Shown piece after piece: positions 1-8,418 of a DNA stretch of 44,016 nt. Each line of letters starts with the position of its first letter. The stretch's first letter is position 1. The notes below the pieces were generated by a model. The model saw only the letters and a list, made by a program, of their open reading frames with translations, was not told where the DNA came from and ran no database searches. A program made the translations under genes and the position numbers. Source of the stretch: a phage. The DNA is taken from sequence record PZ379180.1; one strand, 5' to 3'.

Positions 1-87
1 TTAGAAAAGGCGTTATCTGTGGTACAGGAGCATCGTCGTGAATTGATTAACCGCTTCAACCTGAACAAAGGTGACACCAATGCCTAA
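1..87 (+). CDS. hypothetical protein, 3' end only (ORF enters from left edge)
   Basis: Open frame from base 1 to TAA 85-87; in frame with the ORF cut at the right edge if ends are joined. Confidence 0.3.
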   Translation, partial: LEKALSVVQEHRRELINRFNLNKGDTNA

Positions 88-364
88 AATCACAATCGCG
101 TCACTTGAGCGTCGTATTCTGGTCCTTGAGTCAGAGAAACAGACGTTAGGCGGGCAACTGTCAATTAACGGTGAGTTTCAACTGGAGGCGTTCCGTATAC
201 TCCTCGGCGTTATGAAGCAGGAACCCAGCGCATACGCGGGAGTGTTCCTTGACGAGGAAGGTTCGCAGACACTAAGTTACTACGCTACCGAAGAAGAATT
301 AGCGTTCGACGGCTCCCGCGGTATCTATCCCGCTGTTCGAAAACTGGATGGTGTACGACTATGA
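80..364 (+). CDS. hypothetical protein
   Basis: ORF track 71..364; ATG at 80 preceded by AAAGGTG. Confidence 0.5.
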   Translation: MPKITIASLERRILVLESEKQTLGGQLSINGEFQLEAFRILLGVMKQEPSAYAGVFLDEEGSQTLSYYATEEELAFDGSRGIYPAVRKLDGVRL

Positions 365-546
365 CTAAAGCGCCTGAACCAGTAGTTATCGATGGCGTCC
401 TGTGGAAGCCATACTCGGTTTACCACATCGACGCCGACGGGAAGAAGTTTAGCTTCTACATTTTTGCAATTAGCCGTGAGCACGCCGCTTGTGTGGTTGA
501 CGATATTCGAGAAACGGCGTGGCTTGGTGATGAGATAGCGGGGTGA
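361..546 (+). CDS. hypothetical protein
   Basis: 61 aa ORF, ATGA start-stop overlap with upstream gene. Confidence 0.45.
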   Translation: MTKAPEPVVIDGVLWKPYSVYHIDADGKKFSFYIFAISREHAACVVDDIRETAWLGDEIAG

Positions 547-633
547 GAGTATGAGTCTCGAGGTGGTTATCGGTCTGGTGGGTCTTAGTTACTTCATTGG
601 GCTGTTGGTTGGGTTTCTGTGGGGTAAATACTA

Positions 634-804
634 ATGTTCAGTGACATTAACGCGGCAATCGAAGAAGCAATCTGGCGTCGCTACAACGGCGAGCAACAAC
701 GGCATTTCTGCCTGGTGCAACGCGGTAACATGATTGCCGTAGTGCAGGACCGCGATAACAAATATCCGAATGCGATGTGGACAACGAGGAATTTTTTAGG
801 ATGA
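634..804 (+). CDS. hypothetical small protein (56 aa)
   Basis: ATG 634 to TGA 802-804, below ORF-track cutoff; coupled to next gene by ATGA overlap. Confidence 0.3.
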   Translation: MFSDINAAIEEAIWRRYNGEQQRHFCLVQRGNMIAVVQDRDNKYPNAMWTTRNFLG

Positions 805-1037
805 TTACCAGCATTCCGAACCTGATTAAAGAATTCGGCACGATGGCCGAGACATGCCGGCAAACCGGCATCAACGAAATGACGATTGCGAAGTACAGCA
901 AAGACGTTGATTGCGAGCGCCACGTAATTTATAACAATCGTCTGATGACACATGTTAAGACAAGCCCGGTGTTATTCACGCGCCGAGGTATCACTAAAAC
1001 TGAGCAACGCATTGCTAAAGGGGAGAGTGGGGAATGA
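801..1037 (+). CDS. small protein with HTH-like segment
   Basis: ATG 801 within track ORF 777..1037; segment AETCRQTGINEMTIAKYS resembles a helix-turn-helix. Confidence 0.4.
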   Translation: MITSIPNLIKEFGTMAETCRQTGINEMTIAKYSKDVDCERHVIYNNRLMTHVKTSPVLFTRRGITKTEQRIAKGESGE

Positions 1038-1216
1038 TTGAGATTTTGAGGGCTACGAATGTTGCTGGTGGCCTGGTGTTTTGGCTGGCCTTTCTCGGTG
1101 TGCTGATAAAACAACCGACTCTGTTTAACAGTCTCCCTCGTTACCTGTGGTGGCCTATGTTTTTAGGCATGGGTGTATCAGGCGTGGCAGGCATCCTTTT
1201 GTGGTTTTTCAAATGA
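1034..1216 (+). CDS. small membrane protein
   Basis: 60 aa, two hydrophobic helices (GGLVFWLAFLGVLI, MFLGMGVSGVAGILLWFF). Confidence 0.45.
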   Translation: MIEILRATNVAGGLVFWLAFLGVLIKQPTLFNSLPRYLWWPMFLGMGVSGVAGILLWFFK

Positions 1217-1318
1217 GACTACTAATCATCCCTAACGCCTGGGCCATTCCCGTAGCCAACGACCATTACGGCGGCGACGGTAAAAGAGCGCAACGACACT
1301 ACCTATACAACTGATACA

Positions 1319-1341
1319 AGCCCTCTACGGAGGGCTTTTCT
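1319..1341 (+). terminator. intrinsic terminator
   Basis: AGCCCTC-tacg-GAGGGCT stem-loop followed by TTTT. Confidence 0.6.
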
Positions 1342-1376
1342 GTACATCCCGCCCAATCCCCTTATATAATCTATTT

Positions 1377-1418
1377 AGACGCGTAGGGCGCGTCTGGTGC
1401 GCTCTGATGGTCAGACGC
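1377..1418. promoter_or_regulatory. nested inverted repeats upstream of terS
   Basis: AGACGCG 1377-1383, CGCGTCT 1389-1395, CAGACGC 1412-1418; TATAAT at 1365-1370. Confidence 0.4.
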
Positions 1419-1435
1419 ATATGCAAGGGGATTCT

Positions 1436-1945
1436 ATGAAGCTGAAACTTAAGCAGCCATCGCCAGAGGTGGTGCAAGCTGCACATGAAGAAGCTGTTAG
1501 CGCAAACCGTCGCCGTAAACAACCGCGCGGTAAACAGAGCCTTTATCAATCATCCCGTAATTCCGCTGCGCTGTGGGACCCGGACTATTGCGACGAATTG
1601 ATTCGTTTCTTTGACCGCACGTCGTGGGAGCTTGTGCCAACGTCTAAGGGTGATGAACGCCCACTGATTCAGGATAAGCCGCCGTCACTGGCCCGCTTCG
1701 CCTTACACATCGGCGTAACTATCCCGATAATTAAGCTGTGGCTGCGCGAGATTCCCGCATTTGCAGAAGCATACGAAACCGCCCAGGCTCTGGAAGAGGC
1801 ATACTTCACTGAGACAGGGGCTGCGGGCATCTCGGCTACGTTTGCTGCCGCGAAACTGGGCCTGAATAAAACAGTTGTCGCCGAAGAAGTACGCGACGAG
1901 CCAATCAGCGAAGTAACAATTAAGGTGGTGTCCGGTGAACGTTAA
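1436..1945 (+). CDS. terminase small subunit (putative)
   Basis: About 170 aa ORF directly upstream of and overlapping terL; ATG 1436 with AAGGGG RBS (track ORF starts 1397). Confidence 0.55.
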   Translation: MKLKLKQPSPEVVQAAHEEAVSANRRRKQPRGKQSLYQSSRNSAALWDPDYCDELIRFFDRTSWELVPTSKGDERPLIQDKPPSLARFALHIGVTIPIIKLWLREIPAFAEAYETAQALEEAYFTETGAAGISATFAAAKLGLNKTVVAEEVRDEPISEVTIKVVSGER

Positions 1946-3206
1946 TATCACGGCAACGGAGCCGCAAGGCGCGTTTCTCGGTATGCATTGCAAGTTTCCG
2001 GCATTCGTAGCTGGCTTCGGTACGGGTAAATCCGAAGTTATGTGCAACTCTGCACTACTCGACAGCATGGAAGGTGGTAGCGATTCTATCATCGCCATGT
2101 ATGAGCCGACCTATGACCTGGTGCGCCTCATCCTTGCACCGCGTATGGAAGAAAAGCTCACCGACTGGGGTATCCGGTACAAATACAACAAGTCTGACAA
2201 CATAATCTATACGTCTTCCGGACAATTTGGGGATTTTGTTCTGCGTACACTTGATAATCCAGCAAGAATCGTTGGCTACGAATCGTTTCGTGCGAAAATC
2301 GACGAGTTGGACACCCTTAACATGGAGCACGCCGAGCACGCGTGGAACAAAGTCATCGCCCGTAACCGCCAGTTGCCGCGGACATATAAACCTATTACAC
2401 CGAAACCTGCTAATACCGTTTCCGTGTTCACTACTCCGGAAGGATTCCGTTTCGTACATGACCGCTGGGTAGTCAAAAAGAATCCAGGCTACGAGATGAT
2501 TCAGGCGTCCACCCTGTCTAACCCGTTCCTGCCAGAAGATTATGTGCAGTCGTTACGCGACACATACCCAGGTCAGTTGATTGACGCCTACATCGACGGC
2601 AAGTTCGTAAACCTCACGTCCGGAACGGTATACTATGCTTACGACCGCAGGAAAAACAGCAGTCGCGAAACAATCAATCCTGGCGAGACTCTGTATATTG
2701 GGCAGGACTTTAACGTAGGTCACATGGCGAGCACGGTTTACGTGCAACGCGGTAAGGTCTGGCACGCTGTTGCCGAGTTGGTTGATATGTTCGATACGCC
2801 TGACGTAGTGCGGGCCATAACTGAGCGATGGAAAAGTAAGGGCCACTATATCGTTATGTACCCGGACGCCAGCGGCAAAAACCGTAAAAGCAACAACGCC
2901 AGCACATCTGATATCGCCCAGTTACAGCAGGCCGGCTTCGAAGTGCGCGCTAAATCGACAAACCCACCGGTTAAAGACCGCGTAGCGGCGATGAATAAGG
3001 CGCTTGAATCTGGTATGGTCATGATTAATGAACAGGCTTGCCCTGTTACCGCACGATGCCTGGAGCAACAGGCTTACGACAAGAACGGCGAACCGGATAA
3101 ATCAGGCGGTGTGGACCACCAGAATGATGGAACCACATACCCTATCGCGTATGAAATGCCGATTCGCAAACCAGTTATTAACGTCCCGGTGACTTTCGCA
3201 CTTTAA
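1935..3206 (+). CDS. terL: terminase large subunit
   Basis: Walker A GFGTGKS near N-terminus, C-terminal acidic nuclease-like residues (IGQDFN, YPDASG); GTG start with AAGGTGGTG RBS. Confidence 0.9.
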   Translation: MNVNITATEPQGAFLGMHCKFPAFVAGFGTGKSEVMCNSALLDSMEGGSDSIIAMYEPTYDLVRLILAPRMEEKLTDWGIRYKYNKSDNIIYTSSGQFGDFVLRTLDNPARIVGYESFRAKIDELDTLNMEHAEHAWNKVIARNRQLPRTYKPITPKPANTVSVFTTPEGFRFVHDRWVVKKNPGYEMIQASTLSNPFLPEDYVQSLRDTYPGQLIDAYIDGKFVNLTSGTVYYAYDRRKNSSRETINPGETLYIGQDFNVGHMASTVYVQRGKVWHAVAELVDMFDTPDVVRAITERWKSKGHYIVMYPDASGKNRKSNNASTSDIAQLQQAGFEVRAKSTNPPVKDRVAAMNKALESGMVMINEQACPVTARCLEQQAYDKNGEPDKSGGVDHQNDGTTYPIAYEMPIRKPVINVPVTFAL

Positions 3207-3218
3207 GAGGATTATTCA

Positions 3219-4046
3219 ATGTTAACTATGAACGGTCAGAATCAGGGTGTTAAGACAAAACACCGGGAATGGCTGCATCACTTCGATAAATGGCAGAAGG
3301 TACGCCACGCTCTTGAAGGCGACCTTATCCGCTATCTGCGTAACGTCGGGAAGAACGAGCCTGACCAGACCTACGCAGCACAGCGACAGGAAGAATACGA
3401 GAACGGCGCTATCTGCTACAATTTCACCAAACGCACGCTGGCGGGGATGACGGGGTCAGTGATGCGCAAAGACCCTGAGCAGATTATCCCGCCTGAACTT
3501 GAGTACCTGTTGCACAACGCGGACGGTTCAGGTGTCGGGCTGTGGCAGCACGCGCAGGATACGCTGATGGAGATTAACTCGATAGGCCGTGGCGGGTTGC
3601 TGGTGGACGCCCCGGAAACAGCCGCAGCAACGGCGGCAGAGCAGAACGCGGGATTATTAAACCCGGTAATCGCATTCTATACCGCGGAGAACATTATCAA
3701 CTGGAGACTCACCCGCATCGGTTCAGTGAACCGCGTGACGATGGTTGTATTGCGTGAGGCATGGGAATACTCGGAACCAGGCGCTGAGTTTGAAACAAAA
3801 TTCGGCGAGCAATACCGCGTCCTTGACCTGATTGACGGTCGCTACCGCCAGCGCATCTACCGCTTCGATGCCGAAGGTGGCGCACAGGATGAAGTAATCG
3901 AAATCTTCCCGGAACTCGGCGAACAGTTGCGCGGTAAAATCCCGTTCACGTTCATTGGCGCAAGCAACAACGACGCCACTATAGACGATGCGCCTTTACT
4001 GCCGTTAGCTGAGCTAAATATAGGACACTTCAGAAATTCGTACTGA
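3219..4046 (+). CDS. portal protein, N-terminal fragment (frame break near 4030-4046)
   Basis: Position after terL; 275 aa ORF ends at TGA 4044-4046 and the next frame continues from 4024. Confidence 0.7.
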   Translation: MLTMNGQNQGVKTKHREWLHHFDKWQKVRHALEGDLIRYLRNVGKNEPDQTYAAQRQEEYENGAICYNFTKRTLAGMTGSVMRKDPEQIIPPELEYLLHNADGSGVGLWQHAQDTLMEINSIGRGGLLVDAPETAAATAAEQNAGLLNPVIAFYTAENIINWRLTRIGSVNRVTMVVLREAWEYSEPGAEFETKFGEQYRVLDLIDGRYRQRIYRFDAEGGAQDEVIEIFPELGEQLRGKIPFTFIGASNNDATIDDAPLLPLAELNIGHFRNSY

Positions 4047-4047
4047 T

Positions 4048-4701
4048 GTGGAAGAGGCCAGCTTTATAGTAGGTCAACCGACACTGTTCATTGCCCCCGG
4101 CGAGAACATGAGCATGGAGCAGTGGAAAGAAGCCAACCCACACGGCATACGCATGGGGTCGCGTTCAGGCCACAACATCGGCTCCGGCGGAAATGCGTTT
4201 CTGGTTCAGGCGGCGGAAACTAACCTCGCCAAACAGAACATGCTGGATAAAGAGAATCAGGCCATCCAGATTGGCGCGCAGCTTATCACCCCGACGCAGC
4301 AAATCACCGCGGAATCGGCCCGCCTGCAACGCGGCGCCGACACGTCAGTCATGGCAACAATAGCACGTAATGTAAGCATGGCGTATACCGATGCGTTGCG
4401 CTGGGTTGCGGGTATGCTTGGGCTTAGTGAAGATACTGAGATTGAGTTCAAGCTGAATATGGAATTCTTCCTGCAACCGATGACCGCTCAGGACCGCGCT
4501 CAGTGGATGGCGGATATTAACGCTGGCCTGCTACCCGCCACCGCTTACTATGCTGCGTTGCGCAAGGCAGGTGTGACTGACTGGACAGATGAGGACATTC
4601 AGAACGCTATTGAAGACGCACCTCTGCCGTTGGGTTCTGTTGCTCAGGTAGCGGGAGAGATTCCGCAGTCGGCGCAGCAACAGGACACCACTCAGCAGTA
4701 A
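4048..4701 (+). CDS. portal protein, C-terminal fragment
   Basis: 217 aa ORF in +1 frame starting 1 nt after the upstream stop; frame open from 4024. Confidence 0.65.
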   Translation: MEEASFIVGQPTLFIAPGENMSMEQWKEANPHGIRMGSRSGHNIGSGGNAFLVQAAETNLAKQNMLDKENQAIQIGAQLITPTQQITAESARLQRGADTSVMATIARNVSMAYTDALRWVAGMLGLSEDTEIEFKLNMEFFLQPMTAQDRAQWMADINAGLLPATAYYAALRKAGVTDWTDEDIQNAIEDAPLPLGSVAQVAGEIPQSAQQQDTTQQ

Positions 4702-4711
4702 GTTCACCTAT

Positions 4712-4734
4712 AGCCCCGAAAGGGGCTTTCTTAT
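4712..4734 (+). terminator. possible intrinsic terminator
   Basis: AGCCCC-gaaa-GGGGCT hairpin followed by TTCTTAT. Confidence 0.4.
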
Positions 4735-4737
4735 AGT

Positions 4738-5814
4738 ATGCTATTAACTTTAGCGCCACAGGGTTTATCTATGAGCTTACTTACATCCCTAATCAGCCAT
4801 CAGATATGGCTGCAACGCACCGCATCCGGTGAAGTGAAAGACCTCACGCCGTTCATTCAGGAGATAAGGGATGAAATCAAACGGCAGGTGCTGTTATTCG
4901 GTGACGACGGTCGCAGCACTGCGCGACTGAATAAACTGTTACGCGACCTGGAAGAAGCACTAACCGGTATTACGGGTGACTGGCAAACAAAGCTAACAGA
5001 CGACCTTAAGGAACTGGCGGCGTACGAGGCTGAGTGGAACGTAAAGACACTGACCGCCAACGTAGACGCGGAATTTGTTACGCCTACCGCTGAGCAGGTA
5101 TGGGCCGCTGCCGAGTTTCAACCATTATCATTGAGCGACAAGCCCGTTGATTTCACCAAGCTGATGTCTGGATGGGGCGAAACGGAAGTAGCACGTCTTG
5201 TAACTGGAGTTAAGATGGGCTTTGTGCAAGGTCAAACCACACGGCAGATTGTTAAGAATGTTGTTGGCGCTGGTGGACTAGCCGACATCTCAGAACGTAA
5301 CGCGACTACGGTAATCCGCACCGCGCTGTCCCACGTATCCAACGAGGCCCGTAACGAGACGTACCGCCAGAACGACGACATCATCGAGAAATATGAGTGG
5401 GTGTCAACTTTGGACAGCCGTACCAGCACGATTTGCAGGGCCAGAGACGGAATGACGTGGGAAATCGGTAAAGGTCCGATGCCACCAGCCCATCCTAATT
5501 GCCGAAGTACCACTGCACCGGTAATCAGTTCAGAGTTCGACTTCCTTGATAAAGGCGCAAAACGCGCGGCTAAAGGCGCGGAAGGTGGCACTCAGGTAAG
5601 CGCAGACACCACTTACTACGAGTTCCTTAAACAACAACCGGCGTGGTTTCAGGACCAGGCGCTCGGCCCGGTGCGAGGTAAGATTTTCCGTAACAGCGGT
5701 ATATCGCCGGAAGAGTTTCGCGTAATATCTGTAGATGGTTTCGGGAATCCGCTCACGCTTAAGCAGATGGCGGAACTCGATAAACGTGTTGCTGATTATC
5801 TGAAAGGGGAATAA
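4738..5814 (+). CDS. head morphogenesis protein (Mu gpF / SPP1 gp7-like)
   Basis: 358 aa, position after portal, composition typical of minor head proteins. Confidence 0.65.
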   Translation: MLLTLAPQGLSMSLLTSLISHQIWLQRTASGEVKDLTPFIQEIRDEIKRQVLLFGDDGRSTARLNKLLRDLEEALTGITGDWQTKLTDDLKELAAYEAEWNVKTLTANVDAEFVTPTAEQVWAAAEFQPLSLSDKPVDFTKLMSGWGETEVARLVTGVKMGFVQGQTTRQIVKNVVGAGGLADISERNATTVIRTALSHVSNEARNETYRQNDDIIEKYEWVSTLDSRTSTICRARDGMTWEIGKGPMPPAHPNCRSTTAPVISSEFDFLDKGAKRAAKGAEGGTQVSADTTYYEFLKQQPAWFQDQALGPVRGKIFRNSGISPEEFRVISVDGFGNPLTLKQMAELDKRVADYLKGE

Positions 5815-6275
5815 TGATGGGCTTTTTCAAAGTAACTGACGTACCGTCTCGTCGCGTAGTCCAGTACGCCCGCGTGTCTGGCTCTGGCGAGAACGTGGTA
5901 TTTATTGGGGACGAAAGTGTACTCGGTACACCGGTAGATGATATGCCGTTTGCAGATAAAACCGGTATTGCGTTGCCCGCCGCCGGTATGCTTTATGAAA
6001 TTCCGTATCTGGCGGACGCTGGCGACGTGTATTTCTCTGCGCAACCGCAGGACGCTGAACTGGCGGGCGGCAGCGCAACCATCACTGTCGAGGTTAAGGC
6101 AGGCAAAGCGCCGTATTCTCTGACCTGGTACAAAGACGGTAAGGAAGTGGTGAATGCGCCTGAGGAGGCTCTGTCTCTGACGGTTAATGCGGTCGGCGAA
6201 TACTTCGTTAAAGTTACTGATGCCGATGGGGTAGAGGCGGTAAGCAAAGCGGCGAAGGTTACTAAGCCAGAATGA
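5814..6275 (+). CDS. Ig-like domain protein
   Basis: C-terminal segment APYSLTWYKDGKEV...GEYFVKVTDADG resembles Ig-like fold; motif shared with ORF 10544..10894. Confidence 0.5.
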   Translation: MMGFFKVTDVPSRRVVQYARVSGSGENVVFIGDESVLGTPVDDMPFADKTGIALPAAGMLYEIPYLADAGDVYFSAQPQDAELAGGSATITVEVKAGKAPYSLTWYKDGKEVVNAPEEALSLTVNAVGEYFVKVTDADGVEAVSKAAKVTKPE

Positions 6276-6278
6276 TAA

Positions 6279-6299
6279 AAGGCCCCGTTATGGGGCCTT
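6279..6299 (-). terminator. intrinsic terminator (minus-strand T-run)
   Basis: AAGGCCCC-gttat-GGGGCCTT hairpin; on the minus strand followed by TTTTATCATT. Confidence 0.55.
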
Positions 6300-6302
6300 A
6301 GC

Positions 6303-6596
6303 CTACTTTCCTGCCTCATGCGCAATTCGCGCCTCAGCGATAGAAAGATATTCCGAATCCATCTCAATTCCTATAAAGCGGAAACCTTCGCGCATGGCTG
6401 CTTTACCGGTGCTGCCACTCCCCATAAACGGGTCGAGAACCACTCCACCTGGTGGCGTCACAAGGCGGCAAAGGTACGCCATGAGGTCGGTTGGCTTGAC
6501 GGTGGGATGATTATTGGCCTCTCCTCTGTCCTTGCGGCTCGTTTTAGCGCAGTAGAAGAACCGGGCGGCGCTCTTGTCTGTCTCTACGCGCGGCAC
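6303..6596 (-). CDS. DNA N6-adenine methyltransferase, C-terminal fragment
   Basis: FFYCAK, HPTVKP and DPFMGSGST motifs; its frame is open upstream to about 6752 and reads VPANLIHDGSDEV. Confidence 0.8.
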   Translation of the reverse strand: MPRVETDKSAARFFYCAKTSRKDRGEANNHPTVKPTDLMAYLCRLVTPPGGVVLDPFMGSGSTGKAAMREGFRFIGIEMDSEYLSIAEARIAHEAGK

Positions 6597-7465
6597 ATAC
6601 TGCTTACCGTTGTCACTGGTGGCGCCGTAGCAGTTAGCCCGCGAGCGCTGGCTATCATCGCTTTTTCCCTGCTGACCTTTGGCTTCAGGGAAAGCGGTAA
6701 TAACCTCATCGCTTCCGTCATGAATAAGATTGGCTGGTACCAGCGTCCCAATTCATTGCCAGATTGAGGGCCACATGCGTAGGTTGATTCACTTTTTGCG
6801 GCGTGAAGCTGTCCGCCTTTGATGTTGTCTTTATAAGGTGTTCTTCTGGCCCAAACATCCCCCACCACCCGACACCCATCAATATTAATCGCACCTGTCC
6901 CCCACTCCAGCACGTTAGCCGCGACCGTACCTTTGAACGGCTTGCGGGCTACGGTGATTGGCTCAAGTGCTGGTTTGAGTGCGGTGCCCCAGCCGTTCCA
7001 CTGGCGGGCGGATTCGGTGGCGGGGGAGGCGATGTCAAGCCCTTTGCCGTACTCGCCATAGACGCCACCCGTCGTTGCGGTTGCCTCGCTGCGCCCCACC
7101 ACTTCACGCTCTGCGCCTGCCGCCTTGTCGATAGCCTTGCTCACATCCATACTTTTCGGAAAACCACTACCATATACCCATGCAATCATGTCACGAATCT
7201 CAAAACCAGCGTCCTCAATCCGCACAGCCATGCGGTGCTGGGTGCGAGTGCCTGCGAAGGCCAGTAGGTGACCACCTGGCTTCAGGACACGCAGGCATTC
7301 CTCCCAGATTGCCTGTTCTGGCACATCGTAATCCCACTTTTTACCCATAAACGACAGGCCATAAGGCGGGTCGGTGACTATGCTATCTACGGAATTGTCG
7401 GGAATACCCTTTAATACCTCAAGGCAATTCCCTAGATGAATATTGTATGGTTTAGTATAAGCCAT
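6584..7465 (-). CDS. DNA N6-adenine methyltransferase, N-terminal fragment
   Basis: DPPY motif near N-terminus, GTGAINIDGCRV, GRW; last 50 residues of the ORF are out-of-frame read-through; AGGAGG RBS. Confidence 0.85.
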   Translation of the reverse strand: MAYTKPYNIHLGNCLEVLKGIPDNSVDSIVTDPPYGLSFMGKKWDYDVPEQAIWEECLRVLKPGGHLLAFAGTRTQHRMAVRIEDAGFEIRDMIAWVYGSGFPKSMDVSKAIDKAAGAEREVVGRSEATATTGGVYGEYGKGLDIASPATESARQWNGWGTALKPALEPITVARKPFKGTVAANVLEWGTGAINIDGCRVVGDVWARRTPYKDNIKGGQLHAAKSESTYACGPQSGNELGRWYQPILFMTEAMRLLPLSLKPKVSREKAMIASARGLTATAPPVTTVSSMCRA

Positions 7466-7491
7466 TTTCAGCCTCCTGTTTAAGTTAACTG

Positions 7492-7505
7492 AATAGTACC
7501 CTATT
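7492..7505. promoter_or_regulatory. palindromic operator-like site AATAG-N4-CTATT
   Basis: GAATAGtaccCTATTATGTTGG; member of a 6-7 copy family. Confidence 0.5.
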
Positions 7506-7573
7506 ATGTTGGTGTCCGCAAACTATTTGTTCACGTATTCCAGTTATTCCGCTCAATTGTAAATGTCGGAATA

Positions 7574-7616
7574 AACTATTCGAATAGTTGACTTTTCACT
7601 GAAAATGTGCTAAGCT
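7574..7616 (+). promoter_or_regulatory. sigma70-like promoter with adjacent 16-bp perfect palindrome
   Basis: AACTATTCGAATAGTT 7574-7589 overlapping -35 TTGACT 7588-7593; 17-nt spacer; TGcTAAGCT extended -10 at 7608-7616. Confidence 0.5.
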
Positions 7617-7796
7617 CCACCTGAGCTTGTGAAGTATGAACAAGCGACCGCGGCGCGGGCAGGTAACGGAGCGGGACGTAAGTCCTGAGTGTAGTTACGC
7701 TGACGCGTTCGGAAGGGCCATACTCTATTGCTTGTGTAAAAAGTAACTGGTTTACTGAGATTACGCCGTTTCTATGTTTAAATGATAAGGACTAGC

Positions 7797-7820
7797 GCCC
7801 CGCTTTAAGGCGGGGCTTTA
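7797..7820 (+). terminator. intrinsic terminator upstream of late genes
   Basis: GCCCCGC-tttaag-GCGGGGC hairpin followed by TTTACTT. Confidence 0.5.
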
Positions 7821-7840
7821 CTTATCGAGAAAGGAGAAAC

Positions 7841-8227
7841 ATGAATCTTAAAGCAACCGTCGTAGCAGGAGCATGTTTCATCATCCTGGCTTACACACAC
7901 GGCATTTATCAGTACCGCAGCGGCTGGAGCGAAGGCCGGGCGAATCTCGTTTCGCAGCAACAGCAGAAAGCGCAGGCTGAGTTAGCGAAGAAAACACAAC
8001 GGCAGCAGCAGGACGAATCAAAGGCCGCCGCCGCCGACAACGAAGGCAAGACGAAATCAGAGGTGATTACCCGTGAAGTCGTTAAGTACATTAAAACGCC
8101 TGGTCGCAGCGGGTGCACTTTTGACCCTGAGCGCGTGCAGCTCAAGTCCCGCGCCGTCGCAAACGCTAATTCCATTACCGGATACGACGATGATGCAGCC
8201 TCCGTGCAAACTGGCAGCGCCAAGTAG
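7841..8227 (+). CDS. i-spanin (Rz-like)
   Basis: N-terminal TM helix, Q/A/K-rich coiled-coil region; AAGGAG RBS; overlapped by lipoprotein ORF in another frame. Confidence 0.6.
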   Translation: MNLKATVVAGACFIILAYTHGIYQYRSGWSEGRANLVSQQQQKAQAELAKKTQRQQQDESKAAAADNEGKTKSEVITREVVKYIKTPGRSGCTFDPERVQLKSRAVANANSITGYDDDAASVQTGSAK

Positions 8228-8336
8228 CGATGCTGACGAGGATTTGGCTATAGACGTTCAGAACGCCGAATGCGTGCGGCAACTGCGTCTGAAAGTATTC
8301 CAGTTGCAGGATTATGTGAGGAATATTCTGGAATAG
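8073..8336 (+). CDS. o-spanin (Rz1-like lipoprotein)
   Basis: Lipobox LTLSAC after signal peptide, Pro-rich mature part, starts inside i-spanin gene in another frame; GTG start with AGAGGTGA RBS. Confidence 0.6.
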   Translation: MKSLSTLKRLVAAGALLTLSACSSSPAPSQTLIPLPDTTMMQPPCKLAAPSSDADEDLAIDVQNAECVRQLRLKVFQLQDYVRNILE

Positions 8337-8418
8337 TTGCCTTGCATGTTGGAATAATTTATTCTTGACATGTAAATCCGGGTGGCCCGGGTTCCGACGT
8401 CCAGGGGACATACTGACT

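Noticed and set aside
1325-1549. 74-aa minus-strand ORF across the terS start region
   Set aside because: Overlaps the terS start, terminator and inverted repeats; no coding signal
6318-6767. 149-aa plus-strand ORF
   Set aside because: Antisense to the N6 MTase whose motifs are clear on the minus strand
7617-7796. Possible tRNA between promoter and terminator
   Set aside because: No acceptable cloverleaf, T-loop consensus or CCA-proximal acceptor pairing found by eye
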